Positions 37,982-50,015 of a stretch of 64,000 nt of DNA are shown here, piece after piece. Numbering within the stretch: the first letter of the stretch is position 1; each line of letters opens with the position of its first letter. Origin of the DNA: Lingula anatina (lineage: Eukaryota > Animalia > Brachiopoda); NCBI GenBank assembly GCA_051362555.1, contig CM120642.1, positions 19,406,001 to 19,470,000 of the forward strand, given 5' to 3'. The position numbers and the translations under genes are program-made. Under the pieces are notes generated by a model that was given only the letters and a program-made list of their open reading frames with translations, did not search any database and was not told where the DNA came from.

Positions 37982-38478
37982 CACCCTAAGATTTAATCAC
38001 GAAAATTGGCAGAGTTGACCACGAGTTTATAGGCTAAAATCCCGTGCCGGCATTATGGTTTAAATGTTTTTGTTATAGAATTACATGTATGAGCCCCAAT
38101 TTCCCGGTAACGATAAAATTTGAATTGATGATTTTAAGAAAAAATTGCTGCCAGGGTTTTGGAGTACTAAAGGATGTCATTAAATAGGTTGAAGTTAAAT
38201 CAGTTAAAATGGTGACAACATTGTATGGATAGACAGTAACATTAATATTATAAACCGAATCAAATGTGAGAAATAGTTCGTATTGCATAGCTTTATCAGT
38301 GCCTTTTGTATCATTAAGGGAATATTTTTGCTAAGTATTGGATGGAGGCAAGAGAGAGAGAAAAATTCCTTAAATTGATTTCAGATGTATCATATTGCGT
38401 TACTTTGTGTTTTAGGTAGAACAAACACACACACACACACACATATATAATTTATTGGTCACAATAAAGGGATTTATG

Positions 38479-39382
38479 TGTGATGAGGGTATTAATGTGA
38501 TGTAAGATGCCCAGGGAAATTCCCAGTGACTAAGATAGGTTGATAGAAAGATAAGCTCCAGATGTTTCTTCCCTAATTACAGACAGGATGTCTCGGCTTT
38601 GTATTTCACGCTGTTAAGTTAATTACTACCAAGTGACACTGGTCAGATACCAGTATAGCAAAACCTGATTGGACAGTACAACCTAGTCTCATTATGATCA
38701 GCCAATCAGAATCATAAGGAGTTCAGCTTCACCAAAAACAAAGAACACTCTCTCTCACTTCCTTAGAAATTTTCAACCTAGCAGTACATGCTCAGGAGAG
38801 AGGAGTTTTTAGTGAATTTCATAAAGTTTCTCAAACCCAACCCTGTCCCTCCCTAATGTTCCCTGATTTATTAACACTACAAAACAATTATTAATTCTAT
38901 GTATCATTATTATATGTATGGTATTTATGTTCAGAAATATTTGACATATAGGTAAGCCTCTATGGGTAAGCAGTTCTCCTTTTGTTTAAGTCAACATACA
39001 GGTCATAACCTTAGCATAGGGCACATATGGCAGTTATAAGGCCAAGAGAGACAACTCTATTAGTGGGCTGTCAGAGCATTGAGGAAACCTACGTCCCCTT
39101 CCTGAAGGGTAGGGGTTGCGCAGCTCGCTCTCAGCATCGGCAGAATTTTGGACATAAAATTCATCTAAAACATATTGCCATGTGTGGGCCCTTTTTCCCT
39201 CCATCTTTGCTGAAATGTAAATTATATCTTTAAGCTTGAAAATTATATAACATGCATGATTGTCATTCATAGATTCTCAGTATTTTTCATTCGTACTTTG
39301 AACATTAATCAAAGTGCAAATGTCAATAACATGGCATTTTCAACCTACATCTATTTGATTCTATTGTGTCGTGTATGATAAC
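38479..39382 (+). mobile_element. Possible solo LTR
   Basis: Lies within a unit-2-specific insertion (38448-39432) in a CA/TA microsatellite. TGTGAT...ATAACA ends. No TSD seen. Confidence 0.35.
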
Positions 39383-39429
39383 AAATTTTGACAGCAAACT
39401 AGCCTCGGCGACTCCTCTCAATTCATGCA

Positions 39430-39468
<39 letters not shown>

Positions 39469-41589
39469 TCCTTGTTTTATTTAGTATCCTTAGAAAATAA
39501 TTAACGGACTTAAGTTACACTGATTGTTTTCTCAGTTTTTAATTTTCTCGAGATTCGTGAAAATATGTAATGAAATAAAATATGTAATGAAAGAAAGTGA
39601 CAATTTGCATGGTAATTGTTGTTTTGACTTATAAGAGCATTATAACAATAATGTCAATTTTGTGAAGATATGATGTGTTGGTAGGAAGGACCTTTGAGTG
39701 GGGGCGGAGCAAGCAGGAAAAAAGGAGCGACATGAGATGGGGGAGAAAGGGGGTTTTGGCAAAAAGAGCTATATATGATTAATGATTAACCAATGATTAA
39801 AAAAAAGGTCACCTGACCGCTGACGTGCTTGGAAAAGGAAGAGACTGAATTTCGGGCTTCTGCACAGATTTCGTCTTACAATAGATTTTTTTAAATATAC
39901 CAGAGGTGCACCGAATATATACGATTGTACTTTATTAAGTTTAACTGTAAGAAAATATATATCCTAAGTTAATTACATTTCACCTTACATTCACTAGACT
40001 GGCCATAGCCTCGTGATCAAAACAATTTGAACTCCATGGCTTCTGTAATATCCCTGTGGCCCTCAGTTGAAAACCCATAATCACTTTTAAGTATTCACGG
40101 TGATAATTATATGTTCTTCTTATTCTGAAAGAAATACTCTCAAGATTACCATTGTCATAAAAGAGAGTACAAAATTCACATTTTGGTCTGACAACCAAAT
40201 TGCTCCACTGTAGACTTTTTTTCCAGTCACCACTCTGTCTGTCATTCAACTATACTGTTTCAAACTAACGTAACGCCAATACAATCATCCAGTACAATAA
40301 GCAAAAACAACAGAACAAATAATAATAATAATAATAATAATAAAGCCACAAAAATACAATAGTAAATTATTCTCGATCTGTATCAAACATTCATTTAATT
40401 CATTGAAAAATAAAGGAATATGAGTTAGTGAAGTTTCCTAATTTAACATTTTAGGAATTTTCTTTACTAACAACCTCAATGTTAATAATTCCATTGGAGC
40501 ATATGGTAAATCGGAGCATATAGAAAAGCAAATGCTTTCAAAGTGACTGACCAGTCACTTTAAGCGAAAATCAACCCTTATAAATTATGTTATAGGCCAA
40601 AAACAAGTGATAATGATTGGTGAGTACGAGAAAATTGTTCATTTACCCGGGAAAATATATTCGGCGGGTAAATCCTGTGGGGTGTACCCTTAACTTTCTG
40701 TAGTATTAGGAACAATGTAGTTGTTTCTCTTAATTTTCTAAACATAGCTTTGCATTATCCAATGTGATGGTTTTCTGAAGTGACAGCATTTGATTTTACC
40801 AGGGCATTGGCACCGGAGAATTAAAATACCTGTAAAATTGTGCCTTTGACCAAGTGCCTTTGACCAAATGGGTTTTTTATTTTGCACTGCTCTCTGATTT
40901 ACCTAGGGTAACACACAGGGCAATTCTATTCCACAACAGAGCTAATTAAAATTTGATGCACCTGCACATGACCTGATGAGATCAGTTTGACACGTTTAAG
41001 TTGGCGTACATAAAACACTTGTGTGCCTGAATTTTATAGATGTATTCAACGCGTTCAGAACATTTAAGGTTGTTAGTAATGAAAACAGGACGGTTAGTAA
41101 TGAAAACACCACATAAGTTACGCTTCAGAAAACTATTTGAAGGGTTAAATTATTTAATGGCGTATGTAAGGTTTCATAATAAGCTGTGGATGGCATTGGC
41201 AAAAAATAAGCAATTTGGGAATTTTCTAACCCATGGAATGTTGTATAACACCCAACACTTTCTTTTTTCTTTAAAGAGCTTTTAGGGGCTTTTGCTTATC
41301 TTAATCTCATTGTATACATCTTTTCTTCTTCAATTTTTAGTTACACATATCTGTATAACTTCCGTCTTTTGGTGGATATTTCTGTAAATAAACTTATTAG
41401 TATTTATCATAGCTATAATATTAACACAAAAATGATAATAAAAAATACTGACAATAAGCATTAAAAATAGCACAAAATACTCTCATTAATTCAAAAACTC
41501 ATACGTTGTAAACAACCTTAACATATGTTCTTCATTAAGTTATTAAAAACCTACATTTTTACTCATTTTCACTTTAACGACAGGCCTTA

Positions 41590-41682
41590 ATAGTCAGAAA
41601 GGTTTCATTTATGCTAGATCCTGAAATTTGATTTACCAAAACAAATTTCTGGATCTAGCATAAATGAAACCTTTCTGACTAT
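41590..41682. repeat. Near-perfect palindrome (41-bp arms, 1 mismatch, 11-nt loop)
   Basis: ATAGTCAGAAAGGTTTCATTTATGCTAGATCCTGAAATTTG and its reverse complement. Absent from unit 1 (~13445). Confidence 0.95.
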
Positions 41683-41876
41683 CAAAATTAAGATCCAATG
41701 AAACTATTTTCACATTTGAACGACGGGTCTATTTCAAAGATTTGGATTACACTGGTATCAGAAATGCACACCCCCTATAATTTGCATGTCCACAAGCATT
41801 TTTATCGGCAACCATAGATCATCATTTCAGAGAAACAAATAGACATTTACAACGTAAACTTTACTGCATTTCACAT

Positions 41877-42506
41877 CTATAAAGCTAGTGAGACAAATGC
41901 AAAAAACATCAGTGGAGACATCAACAGTCCGCATACACCCAGAGACAAAAGATGCCCACTGCTGGATGGTGTACGGTCGGTTACTCCAGGGAACAACAAT
42001 CCTGTCGGTGTCTTTCGATTAGACTTGCGGTCAGTGTGCACTGGGCAAGGTGAGATCTTCACGCGATCACGTACCTCTATCAGAAAATCTACACCTCTGT
42101 AACTGTAAGTCGGCATTCTCTCGGCAAAATTATCTTGCAATACTGACAAAAAAGGCAATCCATCTCCGTACATTTTAACTGTTGCCCGTAACAACAATCC
42201 AAAGTCTCCTACAACAGCACCGTAGTCTCTTGTTTCAGGCTGATCAAGGTCCGAGCTGTTCACTGCGCGACATCTGTGATGTATCCTTCTCCTTACCTCC
42301 CAGACGTCCCGAAATTCATTGTCCATGTGTATCTCTCCATATGAGAGACGTCTGCCAAAATCTTCGCAGGCGCTAATGGTCTCATTCATGTAAACTTTTA
42401 CGTTTTTGGGCGTCTTAAAAAGCAAGGTGAGTGTGTATGCCGCCTTGAACATGTGTGTGAATAGTGACGGGCACGGGTCCGACTCTTCCTCGCCTAGGCA
42501 GCGTTC
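41877..42506 (-). CDS. Paralogue 2, coding exon 3 (last)
   Basis: Acceptor TTTCTTTTTTAATCCAG|GAA. 630 nt, with an in-frame 6-nt insertion relative to paralogue 1. Ends TPSSSGHLLSLGVCGLLMSPLMFFAFVSLAL*. Confidence 0.88.
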   Translation of the reverse strand, partial: ERCLGEEESDPCPSLFTHMFKAAYTLTLLFKTPKNVKVYMNETISACEDFGRRLSYGEIHMDNEFRDVWEVRRRIHHRCRAVNSSDLDQPETRDYGAVVGDFGLLLRATVKMYGDGLPFLSVLQDNFAERMPTYSYRGVDFLIEVRDRVKISPCPVHTDRKSNRKTPTGLLFPGVTDRTPSSSGHLLSLGVCGLLMSPLMFFAFVSLAL

Positions 42507-43067
42507 CTGGATTAAAAAAGAAAGCCAATTACATCCTCTACCACCATGATCAGACAATGATTTAAAATGTATAATCGCTTTTGGTATTTATTAATCGGCT
42601 AAGAAATTAAAGATTTCCTTAATATTTTCCACCAATATCAGAGAAACCGAAACAAATCGTTTGCATAGTTTTTCCTCAGTTTCAGAAAGGTGCTACTTTG
42701 TATCAGTCAAACTTATTGGTTGCTGTTAACGACGTTGATGCAACATGAGAAAAGACATCTTTCTGTTCTCCATTTGAGAGACCGAGAAATTTCCCCTGTG
42801 CCACAACTCGAATGAAAGTTTCAATTTCTTCACACACACACACACACGCGCGCGCGCGCGACTGGCCATATTATGAAAAATCATTTTTTTCGCATTCATG
42901 CTGTTTTTACATGATATAAATCGCCTTCGCTGTTTGACAAAAAAACACCGTGAAATTAAGTTGCTATGCAAAAGCAAAATAAATTCTGTTTTCCGATTTA
43001 CGGATATTTGCTGTTTGTTAAACAATTTCACAAATTTGTCTTGGCTAATCAAGTAGCCTCTCCTTAC

Positions 43068-43174
43068 CATAATAGTATGAACCTTGTTTGCCGTACAGGA
43101 ATCTGGTAGTGCGGGTGCAAATATATCCACTAAGGCACGAAATCCAAAGGGGCTGAAATGTTTAATCCCTTCCT
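43068..43174 (-). CDS. Paralogue 2, coding exon 2
   Basis: TTTTCCAG|AG ... ATG|GTAAGG. 107 nt encoding EEGIKHFSPFGFRALVDIFAPALPDSCTANKVHTIM. Confidence 0.85.
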
Positions 43175-43459
43175 CTGGAAAAGCGCACATAAAAGCCAAT
43201 GTCATTTTTGGGTAATCGTTTTCATCAAACGAAAATTAAGGTATACGTATATTAAATGACATTAAGATCTTTTCATTTCCAGTATATCTTAACTGTTAGT
43301 AGGATATTTTAAATAATATTATCATTATTAATTTTATTATTATTTACGGGCCCTTGGCGTAATACAACACATGGGGTCCATTGCATGTTATTATTTTTAC
43401 GTACACAATCGCTATTTTTGTCAACATAAGAAAAGCTTTAAAAAATGAGCGTTCATGTA

Positions 43460-44638
43460 GGCCACACTTTTTTTATTTTTATGGATGACATCCTCTGGGG
43501 ACCCCGAAATCGGTGCGAGAGGGCGAAAAAAAAAAACAGTCCAAAAATGCTGGTTAAGTGAAGGAATACTGTCAGTACACAGCTGGAAACACAAATTTAC
43601 CACAGAAACACGTACAGGGTATCAAACTAACAATATGTCTTTATCCATGCTCTCAAAATATTAAAGCATTGTGAATACTTCGTAGAAAGGTAAAAAAAGT
43701 CATGAATAGACGGGCCCGTAGCCGGGGGTTAGAAAGAACCACCCCTTTTGCTGGGAAAAGGTCTACTCTGGGTAAAATTTGATCTAGATACATTAAGTTT
43801 TTTATGAAAAATGGTCCCCTTTTTCAAAAAAGACCCCCCCCCCTTTTGAAATTGCTGGCTACGGGCATGATAGACATGCTGCATATTACCCAATCTATTT
43901 AAGGTTATTTCATGCATTTTGTTGGTATAACAATCAATAAAACAAATATCAAACAAACAGCATGTCTTTATTTGTACTCTCAGAATATTAAAGCATTATG
44001 AACACTACACAGAAATGTTAAAAAATGATGCAAAGATATGCTTAATACTACCAATTCTAATTCTGATCTACTTCGACTCACATGAAGCAGCCAAACTGTC
44101 GGGTGGCCTGACCGACCTACAGCCCACCGAATACCTCGACGCCCTGTCGACCCTTTTTTTTTCGCTACAAAAAAACCTGGTATGTGTTGCTTTGGACAAA
44201 ATGTCACTGAAATTTTACGGGCGATAATTGCTGGCCGCCGCCAGCCTTTCGCATAATTGTAAAAAAGTGGATATTTCCATGCCCAATATCAATGGAATAA
44301 CAATCCAAAACGACGGCCCCGTTCTCTTTATGACTTTATATAATTAATTGTCCTGAAATTTGAAAGTAATCCTAGAGATGAATTTGATGGCAAAGCGGCC
44401 ATATTTCCACGTGGCAGTAATACGCATGCGCAGAAAGCACATTTTCCGGCGAATTCAATAACGACGTTTGCGACAACCGACTTCGATTGGGGGAGGAGGG
44501 TTTTTTTATTTTAATTTTATTTCATTTTTATTTATTTATTTTTTTATTTATTTATTTATTTTATTTTTTTTTTTTTTTGAGAACGGACGAAATCGGTGCG
44601 CGCGCAGGATGTCATCCATAAAAGTAAAAAGTGTGGCC
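43460..44638. mobile_element. Non-autonomous TIR element (Kolobok- or Zator-like GGCCAC termini) in an intron of paralogue 2
   Basis: GGCCACACTTTTT..TTTTATGGATGACATCC / GGATGTCATCCATAAAAGTAAAAAGTGTGGCC|TTAA. Absent at ~16415. Nested small element GCCCGTAGCC..GGCTACGGGC at ~43711-43869. Confidence 0.8.
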
Positions 44639-44851
44639 TTAAAAGGTAAATTAATGTCATGGGGTTGACTTAACTGTCGACAAACATGTCTCCAAACGTG
44701 CGATGAAATCGCTATTTGCGTGCGGCCGATAAATACAGTGCAGCAATCGACCTCCCAACCTTGGAGAAACGCCCTTAGGGCCAATGCAAATGCAATAACG
44801 ACATAGATTAATTAAAATGGAAAAGCCGCTTATATTCGAGAGTCTAATTAC

Positions 44852-45935
44852 CTTTATCCTGTGTGATCTCCTCTGGGCACTGAGAAATTGTTGGTTTCTT
44901 CGTATATTGGCAAATCCAACAAAACTGATTTTTGTAATAATTTTTCTGCGTTAACCGAATGCCATACACCACCTCTTGCGTGATAGGCAAACTGTGCCCC
45001 CTTTCGCAAAGATCTCGATAAGGGTTTCCTTCCCGACAATATTGCCCACTATGATACCAAAGATAGCCTCTAGCGTGAGTGCCATCTTTGATGCACGGCC
45101 TACCGACGATCCCTTCCGGTTCTTGAAAATACAGCTGGCAATCGAGCGAGTCATGGACCAGATGGAAAATGTCAGATGTGTTTCTGCTGTCTGCGAAGAT
45201 GTCACTAGAACTCTCGGGGCAAATGACGAAAGCTGGCCATGTTCTGTATGACGTCACACCATGGCAAAAAGCACAGAATGAGTTCCTAAAGGTAAGTCCG
45301 GAAACGGTATCTGAAACCGGTAGAACAGTCATTCCGTCTTCGTCTGTGGCATTCGGTCTTTCACAGGCCGTGCGAATTCCCATATTCGACCAACCATTTG
45401 GACATGCGGAAACCATCCAGAAATGCCTGCGTTTTTGTCCCCAAGGACTAGCCGTGTCTTTTGTCATCTGCGATACACATGTGACGTCATCAGGGCCTAT
45501 GGTAATTGTATTCGCTGACGTTGATGAAATTTTGGAATGCGAATCACCTGTGTGGCTGCAGGTAATGTTAACGGCGGAACAACAGTCACTAAAGATGTTG
45601 CAATATTCATCACAGTAGCATGCTATATTAACAACAGAGTCTAGAGTGTTCCCATCGTAGATACAGAACTTTTCACCTGCAGTCACTTGACTCCAATAAT
45701 TCGGTGCCATGGCAGTCACATTTTCGAGGGGAACGGTGCTAGTTTCAGGAGTTTGGTTGGAGGCCGTGAAAATATCGCCCAAATTGTCTTCACGTGTAAA
45801 AATAGCTCTGGTAGTTGTCGGTGGTGCTGGGTCACTGCACGGATTGTCGAAACACCTACTGCCTTCACGCAGGCAAATCACAGAGGTCAGGAAAAGTGAG
45901 TGCAACACTATTGCTATTGCGGCCCCTTGTAACAT
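44852..45935 (-). CDS. Paralogue 2, coding exon 1 (spliced product 606 aa)
   Basis: Gap-free match to 16952-18035 at offset 27900. All Cys conserved. 1084+107+630 = 1821 nt, in frame. Confidence 0.9.
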
Positions 45936-47107
45936 TGTGTACTTGCCTATAGCGCTGACCTTTATTGAGAAAAAAATACACTGTAATATGAAATACATTA
46001 GTAAAATATTTATACAGGGGTAGTTTTTAATTACGTATAGCCAGGGGATTATACAATTCCCTGGTATAGCTGACGTGAAGTACTCCTTAATATAACTCAC
46101 TTCCATTAATCCATTTCACGACTGGGCTTATTTATACCTGAGTTAGCTGACACTGTGAGTGAGTATTTTAGAATGTATTTCTTAAAATGGAGATAGAACA
46201 ATTCAACTAGTTTACTTTAAACACCAAACATCTAAAACATATATCATTGTTACTTTAAAACATCTTTTTAAAACATTTTGATTAAGACCGTTACTGTATT
46301 TTCCGAAAGTAATGAGCAGTAGAACATCAGGAACTTGATGGTTTACTCAGTATGGTTTATTTCATCTACCCATTTCTTGTCGGCTATTTTGTATGCGCGT
46401 ACCGATAGTCTGAAGGTTCTAAAATTCGCCCAATTTGAAAATAGCCGCTAGATGCAACTCAAACAGCGGAAGGCGCTTGAGGTCCAATGATGTGTAAATT
46501 TCATTAATGCAACGTGCTGGCGACGTTTCTAGGATCAGTGATTATAATTGAGGAATTAATATTTTCAAACACATATATACACTTATTATCTGCAGGTTCC
46601 TATGGCCCTTTTTGCACTTATTTTATGCTATTATACAAATCTGGCAGGTAATACGTTTGTAACGACGGACATGTTGAGGAAATCCATGGGAATTGATAAT
46701 TTTCAACTACGCATGTGCCACATACAGGGTATATTGCCCATTATAAAATAAGTTTTGATTAAATAATGATTTTCCCCACTTTTATTACCCGCATAATACC
46801 TATCTTATGTGGACCAAGTTTGTGTCCTTGGATATTTGGATAAAATCCAAGATTATCGCCATTCGACAGAGTAATACTGGTATCAACTACTGCCAAAAGA
46901 TAGTGTCAATCATGAAATTAAGTAAAGGTTAGTTTATTTTGCAATGCTTTTCACACCTATATCATCCATTTTATTTATATTTGATGTGTAACAAGTGTGT
47001 ATCCTTGAGTATTATGCGAAAATGAAAGATCACTCTCATTAGCGATAGGAATAGTTGTAAATTAGATTTCAGCTGCTACCAGAGAAACATAGAATCGGGT
47101 GAAGAAA

Positions 47108-47985
47108 TGTTTTCACACAGTTAGATTATGGCCAACCTGGGCTGTAAGTGCCAGATTCCTTGCTTTAGATAAACAAGGTGTAAGTGCTAGATTCCTTGTT
47201 TTAGATATACAAGGTGTGAGTAGTTTTCATGACTTGCGTGAGTAGCGCGCCTGTTTTGAATGTAACCGTGTCACAACGCTACAGGATTTTGCAAAAGTAG
47301 GGTCTCTCCTGCATTTTACCGTTATTTCCAACGTTGTATGGTGTATTGTTACAGTTCTACGGAGAAATCATAATGTAAGTCTTTGTCTTATCAAAATATA
47401 TTTGATCATTGTATTTATTAGTTCTCTGTATAAATAATAAAGGTAAAATATTGGTATATTAGCTAGAGCACCTGGTAGTGTGTGGCCATTAGTATGAAAT
47501 ACAGTAAATGTAAAATACGAGAACGCATTGGTATAAATGTAAGCCTTGCTGTAATTCAGTATTTAATGTTTTAATTAAATTATATTAGGGTAATTGCACT
47601 GTAAATTAAATTTCATATTATTTGTGCTCATTGAATAGATATAACATATTCAAGTCTCGCTATATAAAGCCGACTTAATGTAATGTTCAATATATCTAGT
47701 ATTATACAGTTATATATTCGATGTATGTAATTTAAATGTCCAGATGTACATGTATAAGTATTTATATGGTTTCCTTTATTTATTTTATTTATTCATTTTA
47801 TTTATTTATTGTTTTCTTTCCTAGATTATGTACCTTGCTGACTTGCTGACTTGCTGATATGTTGACTTGCTCATTTGCTGTACCGACGTACCTGTAAGAG
47901 ATGTGAACGGCAAAATGTTAACTGAACTGAACGTTGAAATAAAGCATGAGTTACATATATTCTGCCTTGTCTCAACGATTTCACA
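47108..47985 (+). mobile_element. Possible LTR-like insertion upstream of paralogue 2
   Basis: Unit-2-specific. TG...CA ends, AATAAA ~45 bp before the end, followed by TGG. No TSD. Confidence 0.3.
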
Positions 47986-48186
47986 TGGGCGAAGGCCTTC
48001 ATCAGACTGATGTGAGTAGATGCTGACACTCAGTGACTGCTAGGTGGTATAGCGGCCGGGACCCTCTTACAAATGTCAGGTAGATCGACCCCCGTCCCTA
48101 TTCAAGGGTGGCTGGTGACGGCTGAAGTTGATGTTGATGTTGCAAAAGAATTGTTAACATTTTATTTATATGAGCTAAACATACTA

Positions 48187-48562
48187 GAGACTTGACATTT
48201 TATATGAAATATTTCGGTTCCAAAGGTATGCCTAGATAAAAATGCATTCTTTTTTGCAGATCTCTTATCAGATATGCGAATGGAGAAGTGTGTAGTCATT
48301 GTGTCTGTTGCATTGTGTAATATGCAGTAATTTAATTGGGTAGTGACCTTGGGCTGTCAAAAAAGTATCTATATGTCAACAACTACTGCCTAGCAGAATT
48401 TGAAATTTTGCACCTTAGCGGTCGGTTTTACAGTGCGTAAAATGAGTTAAGAAGTGTTTTACAAAATAAATATGTGGCGCGAAAAAGACAGACATTGCCA
48501 GACAGATTATTTTGCCAAACGGATCGGTCAGCACAGTTTTACAGAGTTATGCCCAGACTCTT
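48187..48562 (+). mobile_element. Left part of the unit-2 copy of the 22035-26680 Tc1 relic
   Basis: Matches 22035-22428. The rest is found inverted at 51360-51625 and 55496-55770. Confidence 0.85.
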
Positions 48563-50015
48563 GTATCTCGCAAGGAAGTGATCAATAATGGCTTTTGTCC
48601 AGCGACTGTAACATGCACAGAGATGCCATGGTTATGATTGGTTGCTGAAATATTAAATCGAGGCACACTTCAGTTTAAACTCTAACTGCTGACCTTTTAC
48701 TGGTAGAGGTTCTTTTACTAGATGTACTTGTAAATCATATATATATATGATTATGCATGCTTTTGTGTAAGTACAAGAGGAGAACAGCCATCGGCACTAT
48801 TAAACTAACTACAACTGCAAAAAAGAGTTGAATGAAAGATGGAAGTCTAGATAGTGCAATTTGAAGATCCTCTGAAGGCCCTTCCCTGCAAAAGTGACAC
48901 AAAAGTGGTAAGTACTTCATCTAACTTGAAACAACTTTCATCCTCGGATGCACATAACGATAAAATATATTTACTTATTATTTATAATTGTGGATAAAAC
49001 CGGACAACGATTTAAATGGGTTTATCACTTAATTTGTAGCCCAAACCGCCGTGAACAACATGGCGACTGCATCGCAAGACTTTTTGAGTCAAATATTAAA
49101 CTTTTAATCAGCTGAAATACCGTAACATTTTATGATGGCAGTATAACGTCCACTCAAACTTCTGTTCTTATAGCTAGCAGGTTTTTAAATGAACGTTATA
49201 GATAATTAAAATATTTATAATTGTAATCTTTTTTTTTTTTTTCAGTGAACGGTGGAGAGGTTGGGGTCTTGCTGGCAATCACTGAAGGGAGAAGGAAATT
49301 AAAGTAAGTATAAACACCTAACTTAAGCTTAAATACAATTTAAAAATCCCTGGCACGAATTTGTATTTCATTTAATTTATTTTTGACTCACCAGTCATTG
49401 TTCACTTGAACCCATTCCCAGGCAAACTTTAAATTTATATTTTCATGATTAAACAAGATAACTGTCTCGAGCAGAGATTCTTGCAGGTTATGGAAGTATG
49501 TTGATAAACATTACAAATACAATGGTGAAGTTAACAATTTATGAAAAGGACACAAAGTAACAAAATGTCTGTTTTATCAAATGTGTTAATCTTTTGTGTC
49601 TCGATTAAATATGTTGATTTTAAATAATACCCCCTTTAAATGTTTTAATAAAACATTTAGACAATACGGGCTGCAGAAATTTATCCACAACTGCTATTTG
49701 TAAACAGGTTATAGTATTATCATGAATCCCCTTAAAAATGTCAGTGTTAATTAAGACGCTTTTAAATATTTTGGGTACTATTAGAGTTTAAGACTTTCCA
49801 TCAAGTGCACTGGAACTGTGATATTGATTGTTTTATTTGATTTATTAGGAGTCCAGTTGAAACCTCAGACTAGGACGTATGGATACTATATTCGTGAGGG
49901 GAGAACGACAGGTGTATTTTAGCTACGTTATCTAGCCAGCACCCCAAAAAAGTATTTTTAACTCTTAATGTAAGTCATTGTTTTAAAAGGCGCTTTTAAA
50001 TATCTTGGTTGCTAT

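Noticed and set aside
37537-48562. Unit 2 as a falsely duplicated haplotype of unit 1
   Set aside because: About 18% protein divergence, many independent insertions and a third unit favour true paralogy. Read depth would settle it.
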